A stretch of DNA of 63,367 bases, filler included, from Basidiobolus meristosporus CBS 931.73 (taxonomy: Eukaryota; Fungi; Basidiobolomycota): the NCBI GenBank assembly GCA_002104905.1. It is 3 parts of 3 records of this genome, joined end to end, with 100 filler letters (N's around TTAATTAATTAA, not from the genome) between each part and the next. Parts side by side here need not be neighbours in the genome. Positions count along the whole stretch, not along the records: positions 1 to 28,472 come from MCFE01000881.1; 2 more parts are not named here. One strand, given 5' to 3'. Shown here in pieces: positions 13,555 through 26,244 of this stretch. The position numbers were made by a program, and so were the translations under genes. Each line of letters starts with the position of its first letter. Position 1 is the first letter of the stretch. Under the pieces are notes generated by a model. The model was given only the letters and a program-made list of their open reading frames with translations. It was not told the origin of the DNA and made no database searches.

Positions 13555-13999
13555 GGTGAAGTGGGTTTCGGTGGAAAGTCGAGTGTCGGGTAAGAGTAAG
13601 CGCGGTTCAAGAAACCCCACCCCCGACCTTGCCACCGGACCCGATTTCGTAGGAGAAAAAATTCCTTCCCAATGCCATCATGGGTCACCGGGAATCCAGT
13701 GCGATTCGATGCTGAGGTTCATTGGGAATCGGAGAAAAATTTCTTGCCACACCTGGGCATCTGGTTGGTGTCGATTTAAGCGGTGGGTGAGCGCACTTTC
13801 CATGACGTTTGCTGGATAGCAACTCCTTTGCTTGCAATATCGCGTCTGTGGAGAATCCGCCACTTCGAACTACAACTAGTCTTCATAGGCCCTTTCTCCC
13901 TGCGGAATCTTCCTGGATCACCTTAGCGGGAAGAGTAGGCAATTCCCAACAACCTGAAGGTTACATTGCTCAGCGTTCTAGCAACTTTGGTTGAGTGCA

Positions 14000-16429
14000 A
14001 AGGGCTGGCCACGTTTTATTGATATATATACCTGGTCGGCCTTTTTGCCCATTTCTCTGCGCAGACACATGGTGCTGAAACAATATTGAGTAGGTTTAGC
14101 AAGAGCATACTTGCTTATTGTTGGTGTGGTATTCACGAGACTGGAGATTCTGGCCACCATCAACTGAGAGATATTGATATTTTCCAGTCACTTCACAAGT
14201 ATCCTCTCAGGAATTACTTGGTATTTTTTGACGCTCATCACCTGGGTAGCTAGTCCTAAGCAATGGCAACACTGTGGGGCAGCGATTATCCTTTATCTCT
14301 CTTGGTTAGGCTCTTTCGAACTCTATGAATCCACAGAGGTTGTACTTTTATGTTGGTCTTTCTCCAAACCAAATACGGGGTTGTAATACTGATTAATATC
14401 GACAAATGTGTGCTACGGTGGTAGTAGCAGTGAGATTCCAATTGAATGTCAATGTATCCCTATGAAAAATCTCAATATTGGAACTCTTCTGATAATCTGC
14501 TGGTGTTCTGATGGTGTTTTGCTGGCATCCAGATGCTGTTTTTCCTCCATACTTTCAGTTGCAATTTCTGGTGGAAATAGCAAGGAGCTGATCACTAAAT
14601 ATGGTACAAATGCTATTTAGCCTAGTCTCATCCTGGAAAATCTCTGCTTGTCTGCCAAGTAGTTTGTTCCTGTGATATTGAGATTTGTATGTTTAGAGAA
14701 ACTTGGAATTTGGCCAATATTATGATGGTATTCTATTGGCCTTTTCTCAACTTCTTTTCTTGGGGTATCTTCACATGAATGGATACTGTTAACTGGTAGG
14801 GCATCTATGTTGATGCACTTAGGTGCTTTGGTACTATTAGGAGCACTGTATCAGACAAAGCACTAATACATTTTGCACATCAACAGGTGTAGTGCCACTA
14901 ATGTATTAAAGAAAGTCCAATTCAGTTGTTTGAGAAGCAAAGAGTCATTATGGATACAGTCACTTGATCTAAATCCATTTGCAACATACAATATAAGTTT
15001 TTGTTGCTAACTTCTGACAATACTGATATATAAATAGCCCATTCATATCAGGAGTAAGAAACCCAGTTGGCAACATTAGTTTTAATGATTTCCCTTATAC
15101 AATTAACTTCTTTTGCTGGATAGTGCCATATAGAGCCGGCCATTCTGTCATCTTATGGTACTATATGTTATTAGTAGTTTTACCATTGGGGCAGTCAGGC
15201 CAGTGCCTCAGAAAGAGTGCTATCACAGATAATCCATTAAAAGGCCATCACAAAGCATAGGTTTTGTGATCAAAAGGTACTGATGTCATCAGGACATCAT
15301 GTAAAAACTCTGGGAGAAAATTGCATGTAAGATTAAAAAAGCACAGTTAATATTTTCCATCGGAATGGTCCTAAGCTGCTTCTGATTGATACTCTGCCAT
15401 TTCTCTCACTTTCTGTTCTCAGACACTTAGTCATCCCTTACAGCTGTGTACATTGACTGACTATACCTCTTTTTCACACTAATTACTTACTGACTCCATT
15501 AGCACTCTTACCTTTGATACATTCAAGTTGGTGTACATCAATTGAATCTTCAGTTGTAACTCAATTTTATACTGTACTAAGCTATACAGGTCTCTGTATC
15601 CAATACTAACACTGAACACAACCTCACACTCATCCAGTAAATCCATCAAAATCTGCTATTTAAAATATGCATCTGCCTTAGTCCCTATTAAAAATAATCT
15701 GGTCCTACATGTAGATCTAATCACATGAGTTGTCAGGATCTTGCCAGAAGGCCAAGATGATGCCAGCAGCTTGAAATTCCTCACCATCCTTCTAATGTTA
15801 TGGTTGGGTTGTGACAGTGTTTTGCTGCTTTTACTACCAGATAGAGTAATAATAATAACTAATAAACTTGATAGTATTTTGAGAGTGTTTTTGCAGGGCT
15901 TATATGGCATTTAGATGGTATTAAAGCATTATAAATTCATTTGAGCAGACATGTCAGCCAATATTAGCAATTTCCTTATACAGCAACAACCCAAAGGTGT
16001 TTTGATGGCCTTGATGCAGACATCAGCTGGCATTATAATGAAAGTATATTAGTGGTAGAGATCTATGCATTTAGCTTTATGCTTGTAGTATAGCTGCTCA
16101 TATCCCATCACAAACTCCTTACAAAAAAGTTGTGGATGTGCTAAATTGGCATTGGTTATCTACTTTGACCACATATTCTTACAGCATCAGCATATGACTC
16201 CCAATGCTTGCAATGCATACTGGGTAGAAAATACTTTAGAAGGCCACTTGAATAAATACATATCCAGTTCATTCATTCATGGCATTTGTATTGTTGTATA
16301 TGCTGACAAATATGTATTGAAGCTTGTGAAAGCTACTTTGAGTGCTGGATACTCTGTAATACCTTGTCAATTCTTTCCAGTTTCTCTGGTATCTCAAAAA
16401 GCTGATTAAGCTTAGTATGCCCTGCATAC
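14000..16429. other. Unclassified AT-rich, CpG-depleted relic (continues at 19402-20146 beyond the copia insertion)
   Basis: Joined to 19402-20146 by the copia TSD CATAC. 15345-15470 is a diverged repeat of 19885-20010. No recognisable domain. Confidence 0.3.
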
Positions 16430-19401
16430 TGTTGTAGGAGTCTTGGAGATATTGGAAGTGATTGGGAGAACAAGTAGATTATGTGGTTTTCACTTAATGA
16501 TTTATTGAATGTAAAAACATTGATACTTTTACATGGTCTTGGCATTACAAACACGTAGAATAGGTCAAGGAAGGTCCCAAGAACATGTGTGCAAAGCTTG
16601 GGGCTGTTTGGACAACTTTGAGAGATTTCATGTTCTGGGTACCTGGTATTTTAATGAAAATATTCTAAGTAAATCCCAACATGGAATTTGGTCAGTATAC
16701 TCTAGGATCTGAAGGTAATGATCTAAGTGACTAAGTTAGGTGAATACTTAGGTGGAAATTTGAATTATTGCATCACTCCCACTCAACTAAATGCTCATAG
16801 TGACTAGTCCTAATTTTGACCCAAGATATTCAAGCTTGTCTCTAGCTAATGGTTAGGTAAATATGTCTGCAATCATTTCATCTGTATGACAGTAAACTAA
16901 GCCAACTAAGTTATTCTCTATAGCTTTACATATGAAATGATGTCTTTTATCTATGTGCCTAGTTCTAGCATGAAAAGTTGGATTTCTACCTAGTTGTATA
17001 CATCCTTGATTATCTTGAAATAAAGTAATAGGTGTTTTTTGACATAGGCTTAAATCTGTAAAAAGCTTTCTTAACCACATTGCTTCTTTTGTAGCTTCAC
17101 AGGCTGCTATGTACTCTGCCTATGTGGTAGAAAGTGTTATGGTTGCTTGCTTTCTTGAATTCCATAAAATTGCTCCATTGCAGTAAAGAAAGGTGTATCC
17201 TGTGGCAGATCTTCTGTCTTCCAAGTTTTGTCCCCAATCAGCATCAGAGTATCCCACAAGATCCTGTTCTGAATCCATATAATTTATTGTAAGCAGATAT
17301 CAGCAGCTCCTTTTAGGTATCTAAAAATCCTCTCAACTGCTGCAAAGTGATCAGATCCATAGTTCTGATTAAGTTGGCTGGCAACTCCCACAGAATATGA
17401 GATATCAGAAGGTGTTCCAAGCATGATATATATCAGACTGCCAACCATAGATTGATAAGGAAAGTCAGGGCTTTCAGATGGCACCAAGCTCTCTTGATTT
17501 GGTTGAGTTTTGACCAAGTTAAATTTTGTCTCTATTGGGGTAGCTGCCAGTTTACAGTCTTCCATTTGGTACTTCTTTAGTATATCTTGAATATACTTGG
17601 ATTGACTTAGGGTAATAGTCTGGGTATATCTGTCTATGGAGAGCCTAATCCCTAAGTAGTAACTAAGTTCTCCTAGACTTTATATCTTGAGCTCCTTGAA
17701 TAGGCTGGATTTAGTCTCTTCCAATGTTTTGAGGTTATTGGTGGCTATAAAAAGATCATCCACATATAGAGCTAATAGAGCTGGATTTGCTCTATCTGGC
17801 TTATAGTATATACTATAGTCAGCATTACTCCTTTTGAAACTCAAAGATTCCAAATAAGAATCTATCTTACAATTCCAGGCTCTTGGTGATTGTTTGAGAC
17901 CATATAGCAACTTTTTAAGCTTGCAGACCAAATGGGGGTTATCTTGGTCAGCAAGCCCATCAGGCTGGTCCATATACACATCCTCATCAGGTTCTCCACT
18001 CAATAATGCAGTTTTTACATCCATTTGATGAATAAAAAACTTATGTTTGGCTGCCATAGCCAATATTAATCTGATGGAATTCTACTTGGCCACTGGTGCA
18101 AAGGTCTCAGTATAGTCAAGTCCTTTTTTTTTGAGAGTATTCTTTGGCCACAAGTCTTGCTTTGTATCTTTCAACTGTACCATCAGCCTTGTATTTTGTC
18201 TTGAAGACCCATCTGCATCTAATTGATTTTTAGTTGATTGGTAATTTGACTAAGTCCCAAGTTTGATTCTCCATCAGGGACTGATATTCCTCAGTCATTG
18301 CAGATCTCCAAAACTTTGTCTGAGGGCTATTTAGGGCCTCTTTTACAGTCTGGAGCTCATTAATATGGACTGAAGAGGCATAGGCTAAGTTTGTACCCTC
18401 ATTGATATAGTATTTGGGCTATTTTTTGTCCAATTTGATCTGGTGCTTGATTTTCTTAATACTTCATCTGAGAGCCTTCCATATATGTAATTAAGGTCAA
18501 ATCTTCAGTTCAGGACTCTAGGGCTGCTACAAGGCCCTGAAACATGTCTGTCAGGCTATTCAGGATAGTAACTGTCACATCCTCATCAGTAGTGGGTACA
18601 CCCACAGATTCCATTTCATCTACCAGCAGGGTAATTCTGTTAGTTAGATTTTTCATTTCTTCTCTTGGCAGCATTTTTGTAGTAAAGAATTTTTGTCTCA
18701 GATAAATCTTCTTAGCAGCTGAACATGACTGGTAGGTGTCTTCTAATGCCTTCCAGGCATTCCTTGCCACTTTTGCTCTTGAGCATTGAATTAGCAACTT
18801 GTCTTTAACATTAAGGCAAATGCAGTTAAAGGCACTTTGTTCTTTCTTCTGGTACCTTAAGGCTTCCTCTCTCATGTTTTTGGGAGGGCATTCTGCTCCC
18901 ATGACAATATCCAAAAGGCCTCTTGTAGCAGCATCTTCATTTTCACCTTCCACACTTGGAAGTAAGATCCATGCAACTTTTCAGCAGAGGGAAAAATTCC
19001 AGTAATAGCAGTAGTAGATATTCCAGAGAGTGGCAGCTTGGGGCTCATAGCCTGTTGTAAGAGTCTTGGAGATATTGAAAGTGATTGGGAGGACAAGTAG
19101 ATTATGTGGCTTTCACTTAATGATTTATTGAATGTAAAAGTAGTATTTATGCTTTTACATGGTCTTGGCATTACAAACACATAGAATAGGTTAAGGAAGG
19201 TCCCAAGAACATGTGTGCAAAGTTTGGTGCTGTTTGGACAACTTTGAGAATTTTCATGTTTTGGGTACCTGGTATTTTGGTGAAATTATTCTTGGTAAAT
19301 CACAACAAGGAATTTGGTCAGTATTCTCTAGGATTTGAGGGTAAAGATCAAAGTGACTAAGTTAGGTGAATATTTTGGTGGAATTACAGGTTTTTACAAT
19401 C
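16430..19401 (-). mobile_element. Copia element with both LTRs (16430-16775, 19053-19401), 5-bp TSD CATAC, and an internal deletion removing protease and integrase
   Basis: CATAC at 16425-16429 and 19402-19406. PBS GGCTATGAGCCC at 19052-19041. Gag ORF 18510..18953 joins almost directly to RT near 18430. RT and RNase H ORFs 17680..18063, 17284..17565, 16853..17080. Confidence 0.92.
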
Positions 19402-20146
19402 CATACAGCTTGGTTATTGGTATTGGGATATTGTTGACTAGGAAAAGCATTGCTCCCTGTGAAAAACTTTTGCTTTAACATATTTCCTCTGTCTTAACCA
19501 TCTCCAGTTTCTGATTGATTCCATATTCTGACCAATAGCTTATAGTTTGACAGCTTTGCTGCAATTGCATGCTGACTTTTGTATGTTCTTTCTGCAGAAA
19601 TAGGATGCACTCAATGTTGGTGCTTGGATAACAATGATGTGAGCAAGTTATGAAGTAAATCCCTTCAATTTCATATATTTGACAGTAATACTGCTCATTG
19701 TGCCTGTAAAGCTACCACTTCTACTGATTGCTATAGCCCTATGAGAAGTAATTGAAATGATCCAATCAAAAGAGCTTCATTAATATGTAATCCTGTGACT
19801 AGGATGTACTGATATGGCCAGGACACCACACAAAAACCATTGGAAAAGATTTTTCCTTGGACCTTGCAAAAGGCTTGATATCAATGTCATCACAATGGTC
19901 CCTAAGTTCTTTCTGATTGGTTCTCTGCAATATCCCACACTTTCTGATCCCTAACACTCAATCATCACCTTTGTTTGTGTATATTTACTGACTATTGTCT
20001 GAGTTTCACACTCTTAGCTTTGTAACTCATCAAGTGCATTTAACTTTTGCTCATATAAATAGGTGCTTTTCTGCAGAATCCTTAGCTATTGCCCAACCGT
20101 AGATTGTACTGGCCAAAACAAATCCCTATTCCCAATACCAACATTA

Positions 20147-23100
20147 TGTTGTAACAATATGTAATTCCACCTAAATATCCACCTAACTTAGTTACTTAGA
20201 TCATTACCTTCCAATACAAGGGAGTACTGACCAAATTCCTTGTTGGGATTTACTTAGAATATTTTCACCCAGATACCAAGTATCCAGAACATGAAATTTC
20301 TCAAAGTTGATCAAGCAGACCCACACTTTACACACAAGTTCTTAAGACCTTTCTTTGCAGATTCTATGTGCTTTTAATGCCAAGATCATGTAAAAGTATA
20401 AATACTGCTTTTACATTTGATAAATCATTAAGTGAAAACCACATAATCTACTTGTCTTCCCAATCACTTCCAATATCTCCAAGACTCTTACAACAGGCTA
20501 TGAGCCCCAAGCTGTCACTCTCTGCAATGTCCGCTACTGCTGTTACTGGAATATTCCCCTCTGCTGAAAAGTTGGGTGGATCTAACCACCAAGTGTGGAA
20601 GGTGAAGATGAAGATGCTGCAACAAGAAAAAGGCCTTTGGGATATTGTCATGGGAGAGGAATGCCCTCCTAAAAATGTGGGAGAGGAAGCCTTAAAGTAC
20701 TAGCAGAAAGAACAAAGTGCCTTGAATTGCATTTGCCTCAATGTTAAAGACAAATTGCTAATTCAATGCTCAATAGCAAAAACGGAAAAGAATGCATGGA
20801 AGGCATTAGAAGACACCTACTAGTCATGTTCAGCAGCTAAGTAAATGTATCTGAGACAAATATTTTTTACCAAAGAGATGCAGCCAGGAGAAAAAATGAA
20901 AAATATAATGACAGACAAGTTTCAGGGCCTTGTATCAGCCCTAGAGTCCTGAACTGAAGATTTGACCTTAATTACATATATGGAAGGCTCTCAGATGAAG
21001 TATTAAGAAAATCAAGCACCAATAAGAAGGAAGAAGAAATGCCTTAATAAGCAATGATAACCAACAAAGGAGGTACCCAAGACCTTACAAATGCATTAGC
21101 AGCCTGTTTTTCAACTACTGCAGATGGAAAGGACACACATCAGACTGGTCCCTCAAAAAGAGAGATAATCAGCAAAAGAAGCTTGAATATAGAAATGCTG
21201 CAACAACTGAAGATGAACTATTCATATATGCACTAAATATGTCCACAAAGAAGGATTCTCAGATGTGGTACATTGACTCAGGATCATCTCAGCACTTTGC
21301 ACACCAAAAAGAACTTTTTACCCAATATCAAGAAATTCCAATTAAGAAGGTTTCCATGGGTGACAATAGAACACTTGATGCAGTGGGAAAAGAAACTATT
21401 GAAGTAAACCTTGGAAGAAGTGAAGGAAGCCATACACTGACCTTTAAAGAAGTACTCTATATACAAAGAATCTCTGTCTAAGTTCAGGGAGCTTAAAGTC
21501 ATGGTGGAGAGAGAAACTGGTGAAAAAAGTCAAGAAAATACACTCTGACAATGGTGGAGAATATAGCTCAAAACTCTTCATCGACTTCTGCAAAATTCAT
21601 GGGATACAGCAAGAGACTACTGTACCATACTCCTCACAGTAAAATGGAGTAGCAGAACATGCAAACAAATCAATAATTGATATGGCAAGACCTATGATCC
21701 ATGATCTAAATCATCCTGTGATTTTTGGGCAGCGTAATGAGGTCACAGTGACACCCACTGACAGATGTGCCCATTTGCATATTTTCTACTTCCCTATTTC
21801 CCTACTACACTTGTGTCAGTTTTATCCCATTTGTCTTACTTGATCAGTACTATCCCATTGGCTGGCTGACTATCACACCTGCTACCTTATTGCATAAGTT
21901 ATCCCACACTTTATGTAGGATTACCAGCTGTATGTACTTCTATATTAGACAAGTATCTGCACCAATACCCATGACACATGGTCAACCTGTGGCACCATCC
22001 CTACCATTTCTATGCCATATATGGTATTCCTATGTTACACAGGTCTCAGAGTACTGATTCTTGATTGGTTGGATGTGCGGTGCCTCTTAGAACCTTCTGG
22101 TAGCTACTAGAATACTCTTAGCTCTTTCTGATGTCATTAAGATTTCTATTGATCTATAAAACCTTCTGGAACACCATGATTAGTAATCACTTAGCCAGTG
22201 AGCAAAGTATATAAGGGAGGCAATCCCTCAACAATAAATCATCATCCCATTTATCAATATACCAACTTGTTGATTAGTATGATCACTGCTACCTGCTGCT
22301 ACCTGAACTTCCAATCACAGACCACAGGACACTCCCAGGAAGCTGTGCTGACAGCCAACTGACCCTGGAGGCACTACTTGTGAGGATTACTCAAAGTAGG
22401 TATCTTTTATTATATTTGATTCTTCCAAAGTTTGTTCTTGTACAGGCAAAGATACTTTTCTGCCTTTGTAACTATTGACCACAGCTGCATTCTTATCAAG
22501 TCCCTGCTGGTGGAGTTTACAGTTGTTTTGACTTTGGAAGCTTTAGTACACTGTCATCTCAAAGGATGCTGAGCCCAGCACATACTTTGTTAAGACACCA
22601 ACTAAGATGGGATTGTAGCTCAATAGTTTTCCCTTGACAAACTTGTGGCTTTATTCTCCATCACATTAGAATAGAGACAGAACCCAGGTATTCCTAGCAA
22701 GCTTTTGCCTGAGGTTATTGCACCCAGTGAGGACCGCACACACAAAACACTTGAGAAGTGTTGGATGCATCTCTCCCTTGGACCTATACACCACCACAGT
22801 GGAATCAGTTGCCATAGCTGTATACATTAAAAAATAGGAGCTATAACAGAATACTTTGTGATACTACTCCATTTGAAGCATAGAATGGATACAGAATATG
22901 TGCAGGACATCTAGGAATGTGTTGGTGTACAGCATATGCCCAGAGAATGCTGGATATCAGTCAAAATTTGAGCCAAAAAGTGTAAAATGCATATTTTTGG
23001 TTATCAAAATGAGAGTACAGCATACACACTCTACAATCCAATGTTAAGAAGCTAATTTAGTCCAGGGATGTGTTATTTGATCACAATTCAAAACTTTCAC

Positions 23101-23742
23101 AAAATTTACATCAGAAGATGACAAACATTTGGTCTCAAGTCCAACTATAGTCAGGATTGAATCAGAGAAATACAATGGGAGCTTTTTCACTCTAGAAGAC
23201 TCTACAACTGTGGACCTGCCTGGATCAGTGCCCAAAATATCCCAGAAGTGATCATTCCAGTATCAAATGCAGGAGATCCAACTAGACCAGAAATAGCCCA
23301 AGTTACTATATCAATGAGGGTACAAACTTAGCCTATACTTATTCAGTCCCTATTGATGAACCCCAGACTGTAAAAGAAGCCTTCAATGGCCCTCAGACAA
23401 AGTTTTCAAGATCTGCTGTGACTGAGGAATATCAGGCTCTGATGGAAAATCAAACTTGAGACTTAGTCAAATTACCAATTAACTAAGAATCAATTGGATG
23501 CAGATGGATCTTCACAACAAAATACAAGGCTGAATGTACAATTGAAAGATACAAAGTAAGACTTGTGGCCAAAGGATACTTGCAAACAAAAGGACTTAAC
23601 TATACTGAGACCTTTGTACTGGTAGCCAACTGTAATTCCGTTAGATTAACATTTGCTTTTACAGCCATATATAAGTTTTTACACATCAAGCAAATGTAAA
23701 ACCGCATATTTGAATAGAGAACTTGATGTGGATATGTATATA
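20147..23742 (+). mobile_element. Degenerate copia element (5' LTR 20147-20495, PBS 20496-20507, gag, protease, partial integrase, start of RT), interrupted by a gypsy solo LTR and a Harbinger element; RT-like sequence resumes at 28233-28472
   Basis: WYIDSGSSQH protease motif at 21266-21295. The integrase FWAESVA motif is split by the LTR at 21733. RT YKVRLVAKGY near 23550-23580. Many stops and frameshifts. Confidence 0.88.
21733..22798 (+). repeat. Gypsy-family solo LTR, copy a
   Basis: Homologous to 24843-25913 and ends CACCACCACA. Flanks GCAG / GTGG interrupt the copia codons GCG-GAA. Confidence 0.9.
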
Positions 23743-23925
23743 AGACTTGTTCCGTTGGATAGTGCCACATAGTGCCAGCCAGTTTATAGTGCCGGATTGA
23801 TCTGGCACTCTACGGCACTATCTGGCACTATAATTTCTACCATGATGCCAGTGGTATGATACAGTTACTGGTAATTTTACTCAATCTTACTTATGTTGCT
23901 CAGAATAGTGCTTTCCTTGCTTTAT

Positions 23926-24810
23926 TTACTCTTCATAATGCTCCAGACACATTTCTCTCAGTGGATGTCTTCTTGTATGAACATACTGTGCATTGATAAG
24001 TATCTTAACTATTTTACCTATTCTGCTGTTTTCTCCTATATATGACTTTCCTCTGTATTTACCTGCCAATATGCTGAATCTCTTCAGATATCCAAATGTG
24101 TGCTCTACCCTTACTCTGAAATGATTAAATATCTCATTTTAGAGCTTCTGCTTCCTGCTAAGCACACCATTCCTTGGCTTCCTATAAGCTGTAATACATC
24201 CTAATCTCTGACAATCCTCTCCTATATAGGCCAAGTCTGCCATACATTTCTCCCCTCTACTGAATTCAGGATGATTCTCTACCCAGAGTGCTTTGTCATG
24301 CCTACTTCCAGCAAATGGCCCACTAAACCAGATGATGTTACCCTCAATGTCAGACAGTGCTTGAAACTTCACACAGTGTGCCTTGTACTTGCCAGAATAA
24401 AAGTGCCTCTGCCGTCTAGAAGGTCTGTTAATCCTCACTGGGAAGGTATCCAAGATACTCCTGATATGGAACCTGTTGCTGAACAATCTGGGATATGGAA
24501 GTCTATTGGAGCTTCTGAACCTAGTATTCCAAGCTTGCTCTAAGTCATTCATACCCTCTGCAAGGTGGTTCTCCATTGCTGTCAGCTGGGAATGAAAGCT
24601 TCTAGGACTTCTGTTGCCATGGATGGTGGGATGAAACCTTGTAGGGCAATAGTTCTTGTAATAGCAGAGAAGCTTAACAAGGGATCTCCTTGAGTAGATT
24701 GGGGTTGATGGTCCACAGTACTTGGAATAGATCTCCTCCAGTGTGTCAAAAGGAAATCCAGTGGTAGTGATGGGATTGATGAGAAAAGACCATTCAGATG
24801 AGTAAGTCAT
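23926..24810 (-). pseudogene. Harbinger DDE transposase (DDE_Tnp_4-like, 294 codons), one premature stop
   Basis: ILDTFPVRINRP..Q..FYSGKYKAHCVKFQ, SGPFAGSRHD, MADLAYIG and RVRVEHTFGYLKRF motifs. TAA at 24141-24139 where copy 2 has TAC. Confidence 0.9.
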
Positions 24811-24842
24811 ATTAAAATTGATGGATGATCGTATGGAGGCGG

Positions 24843-25913
24843 TGTAGTGGGGTGACAGTGACACCCACTGACAGATGTGCTCATTCCCTTATTTTCTACT
24901 TCCCTATATCCCTACTACACTCATTTTAGTTTTATCCCATTTGTCTTACCCAATCAGTACTATCCCATAAGCCGGTTGACTATCACACCTGCTTACCTTA
25001 TTGCATAAGTTACCCCTCACTTTATGTAAGATTACTAGTTACAAGTGCTTCTATATTAGGCAAGTACCCGCGCCAGTACCCGTGACACATGATCGACCCG
25101 TGTCACCATCCCTACCATTTCCATACCATATATGGTATCCCCATGTTACACAGGTTTCAGAATACTGATTCCTGATTGGTTGGATGTGCTGTGCCTCTTA
25201 GAACCTTCCGGCACCTACTTAGAACATTCTTAGGTCATTCTGATGTCATTAAGATTTCTATTGAACTCCGGAACCTTCTGGAACACCATGATTAGTAATC
25301 ACTTAGCCAGTGAGAAAAGTATATAAGGGAGGCTATCCCTCAACAATAAATCATCATCCCTTTTATCAATATACCGACTTGTTGATTAGTGTGATCACTG
25401 CTACCTGCTGCTACCTGAACTTCCAACCCTAGACCACAGGACACTCCCAGGAAACCGCGCTGACAGCCAACTGACCTTGGAGGCACTACTTGTGAGGAAT
25501 ACTCAGAGTAGGTATCTTTTATTATATTTGATTCTTTCCCAAGTTTGTTCTTGTACAGGCAAAGATATTTTTCTGTCTTTGTAACTATTGACCAAAGCTG
25601 CATTCTTATCAAGTCCCTGCTGGCGGAGTTTACAGTTGTTTTGACTTTGGAAGCTTTAGTACATTGTCATCTTAAAGGACGCTGAACCCAGCACATACTT
25701 TTGTTAAGACGCCAACTAAGTTGGGGATTGTAGCTCAATAGTTTTCCCTTGACAAGCTTGTGGCTTTATTCCCCTTCACATTAGATTAGAGACAGAACCC
25801 AAGTATTCCTAGCAAGCTTTTGCCAGAGGTTATCGCACCCAGTGAACACCCCACACACAAAACACTTGAGAAGTGTTGGACGTATCTCTCCCTTGGACTT
25901 ATACACCACCACA
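24843..25913 (+). repeat. Gypsy-family solo LTR, copy b (1071 bp, perfect GCGG TSD)
   Basis: TGTAGTGGGG...CACCACCACA with GCGG at 24839-24842 and 25914-25917. The empty site is present in Harbinger copy 2 near 52535-52550. TATA-like AAGTATATAAGGG near 25317. Confidence 0.95.
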
Positions 25914-26244
25914 GCGGTTTGAATTGATTCAGCGCAATCTGCGTTATTTATCTGATTTTTAACACATTATGGTTAAATCTCCATCAATTGCCATGTATCC
26001 CATCATTATGTTGCAAAAATCATCCGCAAACAATGCCTTGGTACTTTTATTGATGCTTTAATCATAGGTCTATAATCAAATAGGAAATCTGCGATTGATG
26101 TGATCTGATCCGTGTCAATGCGATCCAAGATGCATCATGCATAATATATGGAAAATTCAACAATCACTTTAGTTTTCATATATATTTTGTATAAGACCAG
26201 GTTGATGCCAATATACTGCTGTATAAGTATCCAAATCCGTTGCT

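Noticed and set aside
19815-19850. FVWCPGH on the minus strand resembling the LINE RNase H WVPGH motif
   Set aside because: No other RNase H or RT motifs nearby in frame.
25340-25612. 90-aa ORF recurring at 46528 and 49321
   Set aside because: It lies antisense inside the gypsy LTR, starts at TTG and is broken in other copies. It recurs only because the LTR does.
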